A DNA stretch of 64,000 nt, taken from assembly GCF_001194135.2 (NCBI RefSeq), contig NC_069001.1, positions 30,318,310 to 30,382,309 of the forward strand, in the 5' to 3' direction. Below, piece after piece: positions 12,856 to 25,436 of the stretch. Under the pieces are notes generated by a model. That model made no database searches and was not told the DNA's origin. It was given only the letters and a program-made list of their open reading frames with translations. The translations under genes and the position numbers were made by a program. Position 1 is the first letter of the stretch. Each line of letters opens with the position of its first letter. Source of the DNA: Octopus bimaculoides. Taxonomy: Eukaryota.

Positions 12856-13106
12856 AATATACCTTATGAAGTATTTCCTTTTTGAAATATGAATGCTTCA
12901 ATATCCCATTGTTGTTTTGGTCTAACAGTTCATTTAGAAACATTTTGAAGATCTTGTCTGTTACATGTTTGTGTCGTTTATCTCAAGTTTTCTTTCCATA
13001 TCTGTTTATAGTACAGAGTAAGAACTTATCGAAACATCGCTTGTATTCTTTCTGTTTTAAGATATCTCGCAGTCTGCTTAAATATGATCAATATTTTCTC
13101 CTCGCA

Positions 13107-13161
<55 letters not shown>

Positions 13162-13633
13162 TAACACGTAATATTAAATTCAGCATTAGTGCTCAGAGCT
13201 TAATATTCAAAAGCGTTAAAACACACACTCACTTTCTCACTTTCAATATCACGTCTGGAGTTAAGCGTATGGTAATGCATGAAATTCAACATTTCGATGT
13301 GTTTGTGAAACTATCCACCTAACAGCATTTCTCCCAGCTCATACGTTCTGTTACAGGGTTCATTACTTGCATCGGTTTCAATTGAAAATCGAAACAGAAT
13401 CTCAAGATAAAATATTTGGCGATGTGTTTCCTCTCAGACTTTATTTCCTTTATATTTTATTTCTTACATGTTTAAGTACAAACTGCACTCATATTTTAAT
13501 GAAATTATGCATTTCATAACTCGATTTTCATTTATTCCAATCTGTTTTTTTTTATACGCTGTCTCTCCATCGATTATTCTCTTCTTTGATAATTTTTCCT
13601 ATAAAACATTATTACATCTATTAAGTGCTTTAC

Positions 13634-13701
13634 CAGGTGTCTTTGGGAAATTTCGAAACTGGATTCTCATTCCTAAGGTATTTTTCGATGACGTTGTTAT
13701 A

Positions 13702-13748
<47 letters not shown>

Positions 13749-13826
13749 AGTCGCTGCCTGGAATCGAACTCGCAAACTTGAGGTTAGTAACCCACGCTCT
13801 TAATCACTACGCCATATGCCCACGGG
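13634..13826 (-). mobile_element. Family D element: tRNA-like head, (AAT)n, body truncated at the hammerhead core
   Basis: Minus strand reads GGGCATATGGCGTAGTGATTAAGAGCG...GAGTTCGATTCC (A and B boxes), (AAT)n, CATCGAAAAATACCTTAGGAATGAGAATCCAG...AAAGACACCTG. Confidence 0.8.
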
Positions 13827-13978
13827 AATAATAATAATAATAATATCGAAAAATACCTCAGGAATGAGAAACCAGATCCCAAATTTCCAAAAGACACCCG
13901 ATGAAGGCTGGAGGGTGTATCAGCTGAAACGTTGTGTTAACAACAACACAAGATGAGGACAAATGTAAATAATGTACA
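13827..13978 (+). mobile_element. Family D element: (AAT)n, body, hammerhead and tail (no head on this strand)
   Basis: ATCGAAAAATACCTCAGGAATGAGAAACCAG...AAAGACAC is an inverted copy of 13634-13689 and continues into the ribozyme and the tail shared with 11282-11335. Confidence 0.8.
13893..13938 (+). ncRNA. Minimal type I hammerhead ribozyme motif, U4C core variant
   Basis: Helix I GACAC/GUGUU, core CCGAUGA, extra A, helix II GGCUG/CAGCU, GAAAC, AACGUU palindrome, GUU triplet. Confidence 0.6.
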
Positions 13979-13989
13979 TAATTTAAAGT

Positions 13990-14162
13990 ATGTATAACAT
14001 ACAGAAACTAGCACTGCTAGGCACTGCACACATCCTACATAAAACACTTTCAATTCTGTAAAAGTAAGAGCATCACAACAAAACACAGCACACATCCAAC
14101 GCAGACAGAGCTGCGCTCAGTAGTGCAGTCAAAGCATGTGATAAAAATAAGACTACTGAATC
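13990..14162 (+). mobile_element. R4/Dong-like LINE extreme 3' end plus 3' UTR
   Basis: IQKLALLGTAHILHKTLSIL* matches the LQK..LLGTA.ILR..L terminus also seen at 51510-51940. Confidence 0.8.
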
Positions 14163-15399
14163 AACAGACAAACTTCCACAATCCCAGACAAAATCAAAAT
14201 CCTCACTGTCCTTATTTCGACTTTATAGCAAACTTCATACCTATACTGAAATTATATTCAAGCATCCATTACGAATAGATACAGTTTCTTCGTTTTTGTT
14301 TTGTTTTTTGTTTTTTTTTCCCCTTTTTATTACTGTCTTTAACTTTAGGTCGTCTCCTTCATACAATCATAAGTCGAAATCGACGGCAGCAACCGTTGTA
14401 TTTATTATCATTATCATTATTATTTTTATTACCACATGGAACTTGGGATTATGTGGTGTTATAAGTGTTTAGTTAATTCCTGATAAACAACCTCTAGCTC
14501 TTGCTTTAATTACTTCGGGTATGTTGCGTCAATCAATAAAACAAGAGTTGTTACACCCTTGTGATTATCAATGAAGTCCTCGAGTAAGAGTTTGACGACA
14601 ACAGAGAGCTGGTAATAAATAATTCAAATATGTAATCTATAAGAGCGTCTGAAAGGGGTTAACTACAGCCGTAATGTAATTTATATGTTAAGAAAAGATG
14701 CAATCTCATTTAGAATATCGCATCCTTTTTTTTGTTTGTTTATTCTTTCTTGCGCTGTATCAGTGATCAAAGGATGACAGAGATAAACACACAACGTTTC
14801 AGCTAATGAAAATAACAAGAACAACTATATAAAAAGTAAAGAAAATATGCAAAAACATACGAAAATGGTTCATTAACAAAAGCCTTTAGACGGAGCGGAA
14901 AAAAATACAAAGTTAATAACAAAAGAAAATAATGTAAGGATTAAACACACTTGAAAGCCTTATGGAATCATAACGTGTATCCTTGTTTTCGGTATTGTTG
15001 TTGCTGTTTTAGTTTTCTTTCTCTTTGATTTTTTGGTTTGTTTTTTTTGTTTGTTTGTTTTTTTTTTCTGTATGGAAATTTTGGAATGAGATGCGATTAT
15101 CTATCATTGTGTAAATGCCTGATTCTAGTTAAAACGTTCGTTTGGTAATGAATGGAAGAAAATAAAGAAATTAGAAAAGAAGAAAGGAAAGGAAAAGAAA
15201 GAGACTAAAGACTGAATCGGATAGGAAAATGAAAGACAAGAAAAAAGCGGTAACGAAAACTGTGTGTATATGTATTTAAGAGACTGGGTAAAAATATATA
15301 TGTATTTGGAAAGCTTACATAGAAAGATCATTTGAGGGGTATTGAGAGAAGCGTGGTGATATCAAATAGGTAGATAGACCGATCGACACACTAGCATAC

Positions 15400-15546
15400 A
15401 TACATACATACATACATTCACATATATACGAGTATATGCGCTTATATCTATATATGTGCATATATCTATATCTATCTATCTATTTATCTATCTTTATATT
15501 TATCTACCTGTGTATCCATGTCTATCTTTCTCTCTCCCTTTCTCTA

Positions 15547-15623
<77 letters not shown>

Positions 15624-15864
15624 ATGTGTGTATATGCATATATTTATATATACACATGTATGTATATATATATATATATAAATGTATGTGTGTGTGTGTG
15701 TGTGCTTGTTATATATATATATATATATAGATATGTGTGTGTTTGGGCATATATATATGTTCAAATATGTATATAGGGATGTGTGTATATATGGATATGA
15801 AGTTAGTGAGGTGTACACATACACACCATTATATATAAAGAGAGAGAGAGAGAGAGAGAGTTAA

Positions 15865-15896
<32 letters not shown>

Positions 15897-15939
15897 GTAA
15901 GTAGTTAGATACAACTAGCTCACATACAGAACCACCTCC

Positions 15940-15971
<32 letters not shown>

Positions 15972-16060
15972 GTACACACATACATACGTACGTACTGGCA
16001 GAGAGAGCGAGGGAGGGAGATACAGACAGACTGACAGACATACACATAGATAAATTGGAA
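15400..16060. repeat. Compound microsatellite (ATAC, CTAT, CT, TA, TG, GA, GATA)
   Basis: Directly visible adjacent simple repeats. Confidence 0.95.
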
Positions 16061-16939
16061 TAAATTCAGAAAGACAAAGACTTGTCTAAGTAGAAAAATA
16101 ATATATAGAACTGAAAGATGATAAAAGTTTAATGCTTAGAAAGATGTAATTCCCAAGAACTGGATTGATTTACTGAAATCTTGTTAGAGAAGAAAGTGGA
16201 TCTTTCATGATAGAAGTTGTATTCACATGAGAATAATAATTATAATAAAGATAGATATCTATCTTTGGAAAAATTGTTCGCAAGAAGAGTAAAACACATG
16301 GGAATTTTTCTTCTAAAATTTGTGTTTATACCATATTTTATTTTTGTTTTGTACTTTCGTCTCTAATTTATTATTATTATTATTATCATTTTTATTATCA
16401 TCATCATCAATATCATCGTTGTTATTTCTTGTCTTTTGCATTTTTATTTCTCGTCTTTTGTGTCGCGTGTGTTCTTATTGATTGGAACTGTTTTGCAAAG
16501 AATCCCAAGGGATAGCAGAATGCTTCTTTCAATAAGATAACAGTTCCTCTCGTCGTTTCCACTGCAACAGATAATGTAGAAAGAAATCGCCGCAAAAGGT
16601 AGCGACGTGTGTGTTTAGAATATCGAATTTTCTGCTCACTCAAATATTAACAGAACTTTTTTTTTTTTTTTCGTTTTGTAACTCTTTGTTTCGTGTTCAT
16701 CTTATCTTTCTTTCGTTTTTATCATTGTTTCTCTCAACATATTCCACATCCGGCTTCTTGTACCACTGCTGCTGCTGCTTCTAATACAACAACAACAACT
16801 ACTAGTAGTAGTAGTAGAAGTAACTGTTTCATTGTACCCGAGTCCATGACTTTATCAAGTTCATTCATTTTCACTTATATTATTCGCCGCGTATATTATA
16901 TATATATATATATATATATATTCATGTATATGTGTGTTA

Positions 16940-17017
<78 letters not shown>

Positions 17018-17037
17018 ATTCATATATATGTGTGTTC

Positions 17038-17082
<45 letters not shown>

Positions 17083-17849
17083 TATACTCATATATATATT
17101 CATCGTGGTTGTCATCATCACAATCGTATATCCTTTTCCTTTTCTAACCTTGGTTCGTCGGTTAGTTTCCTGCAAGGACCCCTTTCTTTGAATTTTATTT
17201 ATTCTCTTTCTTTTCTGTTCTCGATCACGTACCAAACTGTAATTGTCACATTCGTCTGAGAGTCGGAGAAAATAACTTACGGTACTCAATCCGATATTTT
17301 AAACTTGTTTCGAAATCCGTGAGATCACCGTTGGCTTTTGTTGTTTGCCTACCACGATAAACTTAGCGTAGAAATCATACACTGGAATGAATTTCCACGA
17401 CTATCACGTGTGCCAATTATAATATTGATTCTTCTTCTTCTTCTTCTTCTTATTATTATTATTATTATATGTTTGATTTTGCTCTGTATCTGTGCAAGTT
17501 GACTTCAAGTCTCACCCAGAGACATCACGATACGACTAGTTAGAATTTCAAGTTGATGGCATGGCTGGGGTGCCATAAATTTCGTCTGGATTTTGGTTCT
17601 ATCATTATTATTATCATTATTATTATCCTCTTCTATCAATTTTGTTGCAAAGAGACTCTTTGTGTGTATTGGTAGGCCACCAAAATAAGCACACCAGATT
17701 GTTCATTTACGAAGTAACGTTAGAAAAAAAAAAAAGAAAACATAAAATAAACAGAGTAAAAGGAATGAAAATTCACAACGACAATGCTCTTCTCAATACG
17801 TGGGATGTAGCTGTTGAAACAACCCTTCGCTATTATTATCGTCATGTGC

Positions 17850-18560
17850 TCACAGCCCTCTATCATGGGATCGGTGGATTTCCACGTTAGAAATTCATAG
17901 AGGATTAATGGCGGGGGAGGGCAATGACTTTCTCGGGGAGACTCCGGTCGTCGGCAGGAACGAACCGGGGGACTTGCCGGTCGGGAACTATCATTGATAA
18001 TTTCCAGATGTCATTGGCCTGGCCGTACTACCGGGGGTGCTGCCGGTTCACGATGAACTCTACAGGCACAGATGTGCTGTCAGAGGGACTTGTCCGAAAT
18101 ACGCACAGAATGACGAAACCGTTTAGCACGCCCTGGTTCAGTGTTGGGGTATTGCTGACTTGTGGGACTATGTCTAACAGCTACTGTCACATGTGAGATG
18201 GATCCGTCTGTCGGCCCAATCTCTAATGATGATCGTACCGCAGTCCTCCTGCAATCGGGTAGGCAAGGCAGTTTTCCTTTGCCTGGTGGCTGTAGCCGAA
18301 GAGGTTGTTAGGTGAACAAGGCTGAATGTCATGAGGACTGATACATTTCTCTTTGGTAGAGCTCTCATTGACATCTTCAAGTTTCACTTGAAAAGAAAAT
18401 TCAGAGTGGAGAGGGAAGTGCTGTATTCGAGTGAGGTTTTTGAAAGGTGTGTGAGAATTGCGAAAATAGCAAGAGTGAATGGTACCTCTCTGAGTGTAGA
18501 CCTGTGAGTTGGGGAGTAGGAATTGGAGAGGGCACTTGCTATTGGGGTTTCAGCATATCT
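17850..18560 (+). pseudogene. Tx1/L1-clade LINE, 5'-truncated ORF2 C-terminus (zf-RVT-like) plus 3' UTR
   Basis: IDNFQMSLAW, frameshift, then GVLPVHDELYRH...TCPKYAQNDETV*HALVQCWGIADLWDYV*QLL...KFHLKRKFRVEREVL...VNGTSLSVDL* (stop near 18507); degenerate CCHC-type knuckle, in-frame stops. Confidence 0.8.
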
Positions 18561-18938
18561 CCCACCAAAGTTTCAGGATTCGTACGTATAGTAGAAAGTA
18601 TTATCATTGTTCTAGTTGTTGTTTTTGTTTGTTGTTGACGATGTTGCTGCTGTTGCTGTTGTTGCTGTTGTTAAAGTGTTGTGTTTACAGAATCTGTTGC
18701 ACGTCAGACAAGATACTTGGCCGTGTTTCATCCGTCCTATCCTTCTGAGTTCGAATTTCGCAAAGGTCTATTTATTCTTCATCCTTTTGTGCTCTATAAA
18801 ATGGTTAAGCCGAAAGACCGTTCTAATTATCTTGCTGTCCTTGTGCCAAAATTATAAAGGATTTCTCACAAATTTTCGTTTTGTTATTACTTTTGTTGCA
18901 TGTGTTTTAAACTCAGATTTTGACGCTCCTCGGGTTTC

Positions 18939-19005
<67 letters not shown>

Positions 19006-19939
19006 CAAGGATTACTTTGATAAACCACGTTGTGCACAGTAAGTACAATGTATTTCGGTGCAAAAGTCTGTTTTGGTAAACGTCTGTCTTTCGGTTTCCT
19101 CGTGGAATAAATTAAACTTTGAACAAATTTTCGTTTCAACATTTTCACTTACTCATAATTTACAATGATGTCTTCAAAAGCGGCGGCGTGAGGACGTGAT
19201 TACCACATGTTGGCAGTAACAAGAGAATCAAATACATCCCTCAGCCATTACAAATATTTGAATAAAATTTTAACACAAACTTCAAGATATAAACAGAAAT
19301 CAGTAGCTGTGAACATCAAACAGAGGAACAGAAAGATTTTTGTTATAGAACACTGTAAGAATATTGATTTAAGGTTTCATACTGACGTAGTAAATATCAA
19401 ACATATCAGGGAAAATTACTCTCACCTACGCAAAACCACATTTTGCCGAGCGTAAATATTAGTAGATAGTACTGATAATTTGACTTCGTTGGCTGTCAAC
19501 AAAACTTATTCTGTGTCTAGAGGTTGGAGTTAGAGAGTAACTAAACATACCTGCAATGTGGCAGAAACGAAGAAATCCTTTTCCTTATTTCGGATATTTG
19601 TCTCAAAGAGGGCTAAGACAAGAAGTACCATTATTATGTCTTCGTTATAACTCGTGAAATCTAGGGTTGTCTTCAAATATCTATAAAAAAAAGCAGCTAA
19701 ATAATGTCGCTGTTCCTGGCACCATAAACTCCATTTCCTGTAGCAGATTACATAGACATTCAATTATAAGACCATTTTTCAATTATTCAATTATAAGCCC
19801 ATAAGACAATTATTCACTTATAAGATATTCAATTATAAGACCCTGGGCCTATAATTAATGATTCATACTCATCGTCATTTTCAAAACGACCGTTCCCTTA
19901 TATCTGCGTCTGTTTCTCTCTCCGTTCCTCTCCCCGCTC

Positions 19940-20096
<157 letters not shown>

Positions 20097-21288
20097 TTTT
20101 CTCTGATGAGTGCAACTATTTCAGAGAGAACTATTACCAACCCTGTGTATGAAATTGGATTTGTATATATATCTTATAGCATAACAATCAAGCACCAATT
20201 GTATATATCGATGCAGGCACGTAGTACACTGTTTAAACCGACCATTGAAAGCACTGCTCCATACATTGCAAGGATTTCGTCAGAAACATTAACTCGAATA
20301 TTGATTCAGAGAAACTCGAATATTACTAACGCACACTGATATTATATTTGATAATGAAACACAAATGAACGAATTAAATGAAGAACGGGTTTAGAAATTA
20401 TGATGAATTAATGTATTCGACCGTGTACAATACAAACTTACATAAATGAATGCAATCGTTAAGAATTAATGTTGTAGACATAATGGCTTAATCAGGGCTA
20501 AATTGAAAATAGCTAACATATATCAAATTTATAATGTTGTACGACGTTAATAATATTGCTGTTTGAATACTAATGCAAGTTTATAACTGGCTCAGATGGA
20601 AGCTAAGTAAATTAGGGAGACTAGATTGGCAAACAAGAATAATTATTACAGAATTTCCGATGCACCAGCACGCAAGTATCACATTTAGCACCTTTAAAAT
20701 AAGGTACAATCCGACTGCGTATAGGAAAGTATTATCAAAAAAATATCCAACTATACACGGATGCCTTCTAAGAACACCAGATACTGTGTTATTAGCAGTG
20801 AGAGGTCCTCTCATATAGATTCTTGGTGCACAAAAATACACATGAGCGCTTCTGTGAGATCTCTCAAGGGTAATGACTCCGAATTCGGTGTTCGAAAAAG
20901 GCGTTCACAACTTTTGGTATTGGTACTGCTTTCGTCACTAATAATCAAGTATTATGATTATATATATATATATATATATATGTGTGTATGTATATATACA
21001 TATATGAGAGGAACAATCACCAAGACGGATTCCTAATATGCTAGAAGAAGACGCTAAATTGTCTTACTAAGAAGAATTTGTTCTCAAAAAATTTCAGCAA
21101 ACGCTAAAATGTAAAACGAGCAACACAAATGAAAAGATACAAAATTTCGCAAAAGACTACATGCTCTTATGTGTATGTGATATAAATTATTAACCTTTAG
21201 GTTTTTTAAGTATACTAGGCCACTGGTTTAAATTAATGTTAATTAATTAATATTAATTTCTACCCTCATTATTGAACTTATATATATA

Positions 21289-21607
21289 NNNNNNNNNNNN
21301 NNNNNNNNNNNNNNNNNNNNNNNNNNNNNNNNNNNNNNNNNNNNNNNNNNNNNNNNNNNNNNNNNNNNNNNNNNNNNNNNNNNNNNNNNNNNNNNNNNNN
21401 NNNNNNNNNNNNNNNNNNNNNNNNNNNNNNNNNNNNNNNNNNNNNNNNNNNNNNNNNNNNNNNNNNNNNNNNNNNNNNNNNNNNNNNNNNNNNNNNNNNN
21501 NNNNNNNNNNNNNNNNNNNNNNNNNNNNNNNNNNNNNNNNNNNNNNNNNNNNNNNNNNNNNNNNNNNNNNNNNNNNNNNNNNNNNNNNNNNNNNNNNNNN
21601 NNNNNNN
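21289..21607. other. Assembly gap (N run)
   Basis: 319 N between (TA)n tracts. Confidence 1.
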
Positions 21608-22837
21608 ATATATATATATATATATATATATTAAAAGATGCACATATACATATTCAAAAAATATATACGGAAAATAAATCAAGCAGCTACAAATTATCTA
21701 CAATAAAATCAGTGTTCAATGTGTTTTCTTTCCTTCGGTGACAGAAACAAGTACGAATCAGACGCAGTTTTGTATAGAATAGAGAAACAACAAAATATTA
21801 AGAACGAAAAATTCAGTTGACAATCGAGAACAGGAATCGTCATGGTAAAGGCATTGACGTATTACGTGTAATGTTAGACATATCCATTATCTTTCATGAT
21901 ATACAAACCAGTAAAGGAAATCGAAGTCAAATAATGATCATACTGGTGTACATGTGCATTGACTTATTGATATTTTCGCTTCATAACTCATATATCGAAT
22001 GTATCACAAATGTTTGCTTCGATTTCCAAAGTAACTATCGCATGTAAATATAGAAGATACCACGAGTAAGAATTCATTCCCCGAAAAAAAAAAGAAAATA
22101 AAAATTGATATGACAAACAATGCAAATGAAAAGAATATAATTTCGTGCAAGGTTAAAATGGGCAAGTTTATATAGCGATATGAAATCGGAGCGGCAAAAA
22201 TCCTACGTAACGCCTGTAACAAATAAGCTGTTACTCAATGAAATAATAACAGTTTAAATATATGTTCTGACATCACTCCTGAATTCATATCAATGAAAAG
22301 CAAAGGCATAACCACAGCAAGGATAACTTTCAATATACTAAACATGTATTAAAGCTAAAAGGAAGAAATGAGGCAACATCGAAAGGTGTAATTAAATTAG
22401 TGTCATGGTGGAAGCTTGGCAAAACATAACTTTCTTCCATCCTATTCCAGCTGCAATAACAATATGTACCCGTGACAATAGGATCTAATCTGTCACTTTA
22501 CTACCTTGCATTTTATCTATGGGAGAGGCATTTCTTATTTATAAACCATAGAGGCTCGTATGGATTCTAATACTACCGATAGTGCTACTATGAGAAGCAA
22601 AGTTTTAATACTAATTTCAAATTACAAACATTATTTTCACATATAATATGACATATTTACAACTATTCATGATAACATTTATGAAACTACCAAAGTCGTA
22701 TTAACCTAATAGCTAATTCGTAATTAATATTCATATTAATTATATTAAATAATTAACATCGTCATTAAAATCCACACAAGTCATCTTCGCTTTCCTTAAT
22801 TTTGTAATCGGCATCATTTATATTCCAATATAACGCG

Positions 22838-23000
22838 GAGAGTTGCCAGACACGTCGAACGAAATGCTTAGAGAAATTTCGTCCGTCTTTCCATTCTGAT
22901 TTCAAATCCCGATGAAGATGCATTTGCCGATCATCCTTCGTGGTTGATAAACTAAGTACCTGTTTAAAAGTACTAAGTTCAAATGCCACCGAGGTCGACT

Positions 23001-23035
<35 letters not shown>

Positions 23036-23388
23036 AGGCGGCGATCTAGCAGAAGCGCTAACACGTCGCTTAGCAGTATTTCCTGTCATTACGTTCTGAG
23101 TTCAAATTCCGTCGAGGCCGACTTAGCCTTTCATCCTTCGGGGGTTGATAAATTACGTACCAGTTACGTACTGGGGTCGATCTAATCGACTGGCCCCTCC
23201 TCCCTCAAAAAATTCGGGCCTTGTGTCTAGAGTAGAATAGAATATGTTCTGAATTCAAATTCCACCAAGATCGACTTTGTCTTTCATCCTTTCAGGGTCG
23301 ATAAAATAAGTACCAGTGAAACAGGGGAGGTCTGTCTAATCGACTTATCCCCTCCCCAAAATAGCTGCCCTTGTTGCAAAATTTGAAA
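22838..23388 (+). mobile_element. Head-to-tail cluster of family A SINE copies and fragments with an internal (TAG)11
   Basis: Copies or fragments at about 22838, 22976, 23035 and 23245, all on the same strand. Confidence 0.85.
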
Positions 23389-23392
23389 CAAC

Positions 23393-23430
<38 letters not shown>

Positions 23431-23742
23431 GTTGTTTTGTTAATAAAGTCACACCGCATCATCATCGTTTTCCCTCATTGGCTGATATTATCCAATTATT
23501 TTTTTCCTGTGGAAAAATGAATAATAAATAGCGAAAATAATATGAACATAACAATGAAAACAGAATATTTTTTTTACATATCTATCTTATTTGTTATGTA
23601 ATTTTGTTTCTCTTTCAGCGAGTTTAATTTGTACACAATGTAACGCAGATTCAACATAACATTGTTTACTATTTAAACAAACGGGTCTCTCTCTAGCCGA
23701 TACAATTACGCAAAGACAAACATATATACACCAATGTACAAG

Positions 23743-23778
<36 letters not shown>

Positions 23779-24127
23779 ACATACAGAAATAACTATACAT
23801 GTGTGTATGTATGTGTGTGTGTGTGTCTGTGTGTGTGTATGTATGCATGTATATTAAAATGTTTAGATTTTCAATAACGTTCGTTTACTACGCTGTGTGT
23901 GTCATTGGCAGTTTCGTTCCATCATATATTAGTTGTATTTTTTATCCATTTTTTTCCATTAATGAGAACACAGTTGTTAGACAAATATAATAGAAAGCAA
24001 GGAAAATTTTGGAGCTGTGTAAACCAACATAAATGAAATTATATACATACATGTATGTGCTTCTGGCGTCGTACGTGCCGTGAGTTTCAATCCTTATACA
24101 CATAGCCACGATTAGGCTCGTATATAT

Positions 24128-24156
24128 NNNNNNNNNNNNNNNNNNNNNNNNNNNNN
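24128..24156. other. Assembly gap (N run)
   Basis: 29 N within (TA)n. Confidence 1.
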
Positions 24157-24212
<56 letters not shown>

Positions 24213-24829
24213 TATATGTATATGTGCAAATAAATATATATACGTATTTATATAACTATACCCTATCTATCTATCTATCTATCTATATATATATATATAT
24301 ATTATAATTAGTGTTTTAGAAGGCACGTAGAATACTGGTTATTTTCATAACTCATTTCTTTTCTGAACACGCACAACTTTTTTATAAGCCCTAATTGTTT
24401 TACTATCTCTTTTACGACGATATTATAGTAAGATACATTTTTGACACTCCCCAAAGAATTTTCCACATCATAAATTTCATTATAGTCGGGTGAGAATGTT
24501 ACATATTAATCTGCTGGTAGAAGGTACACTTTCTAGCTAACCCATTTTACACACATATTTCTGTTTTAATCTGAATAGAATATTTTGTTTTAATACTGAC
24601 ATATATCTCCTCGGAAAAAAATGAAAATTCTGCAGCAAACATTGGATCAACCAAAATAGGCGCAGGATCGTATGTGTGGTAAGATACTGGCTTCCTAACC
24701 AAATATTTCAGGGTTTAGTTCCAATATGTGGTACCTTCGACCAGCGTCCTCGGATCATCAGATATTCGTGATCTTTCAAATACAATGAGTAAAACCCGTG
24801 AGATCAAAAGCAGTCACACGTGAATGCGT

Positions 24830-25045
24830 GTCGTGAAGGGAAATAAGAGTTGGAAACTGATCCGGACCCTTCTTCGAAGGTCATCACTGGTGACGAAAGC
24901 TGGTGTTATGGAATTTGCAGACGAAGAAGAGGTGAAGAAAAAACTGACGGAGGCATTAAAAGGCATCACTTTGCAAGATTTTTAGCACTGCTTCAAACAG
25001 TGGAAAATGCGTTTGGATCGATGCATCGTCATTAAAAAGCTGATA
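24830..25045 (+). pseudogene. Internally deleted mariner transposase remnant
   Basis: ELETDPDPSSKVITGDESWCYG (first catalytic Asp motif) fused to C-terminal FADEEEVKKKLTEALKGITLQDF*HCFKQWKMRLDRCI. Confidence 0.85.
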
Positions 25046-25084
25046 AATCATAAAATAAATTCATTCCAGTTCTTAAGATATCGA

Positions 25085-25436
25085 GACACTACGTGGGTTA
25101 GGATGACAAGTGTTCCAGTTGATCCGATCAACGGACAACCTGCTCAGGAAATTAACGTTAAGTGGTTGAGTACTCCACATACACGTGTAACCTTAACGTA
25201 GTTTCCGGGTAAATTCAGCGTGACACGGAGTGTGACAAAGCTGGCCCTTCGAAATACAGGTACAACAACATCATGAATAAAGAATGAGAGGAAGTTGTGG
25301 TGAAAGTTGTGCCGGAGCCTCGTTGAGCTTTAGAGGTTTCCGTTCAATAAACACTCACAACGCCCGGTCTGCGGATGGAAACCGCGATCCTATGACTGCG
25401 AGTCCACTGCCTTAACCTCTGGGCCATTGCGCCCCC
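25085..25436 (-). mobile_element. tRNA-derived SINE, family C, with TSD
   Basis: Reverse complement of 1823-2213; flanked by GTTCTTAAGATAT (25069-25081) and GTTCTTAAAATAT (25437-25449). Confidence 0.85.

Noticed and set aside
11241-13636. 2.4-kb inversion splitting one family D element at the hammerhead core (segment starts CTG and ends CAG)
   Set aside because: The 11236 copy has its own pairing helix I and the 13634 copy decays rather than ending sharply, so independent copies are simpler; an orthologous-locus comparison would settle it.
13745-13826. Functional tRNA gene (likewise the other SINE heads)
   Set aside because: A and B boxes are present but the acceptor stem does not pair, and each head is fused to a repeat body.
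15436-17259. Multiple YI/LS/CV/RE-rich ORFs (also 19858-20339, 44462-44933, 47458-47874, 60933-61289)
   Set aside because: They are translations of microsatellites lacking stop codons.
19758-19840. Short local duplications (ATTCAATTATAAG x4; also 2090-2108, 31515-31550, 41633-41668)
   Set aside because: Ordinary slippage duplications with no evidence of function.
20103-20130. Other CTGATGA occurrences (20103, 31129, 55727)
   Set aside because: No helix II plus GAAA follows, so they are not hammerheads.
20179-20225. HNNQAPIVYIDAG resembling a metallocarboxypeptidase IDAGIHARE motif
   Set aside because: An in-frame stop follows, the donor is weak and no other matching exon was found.
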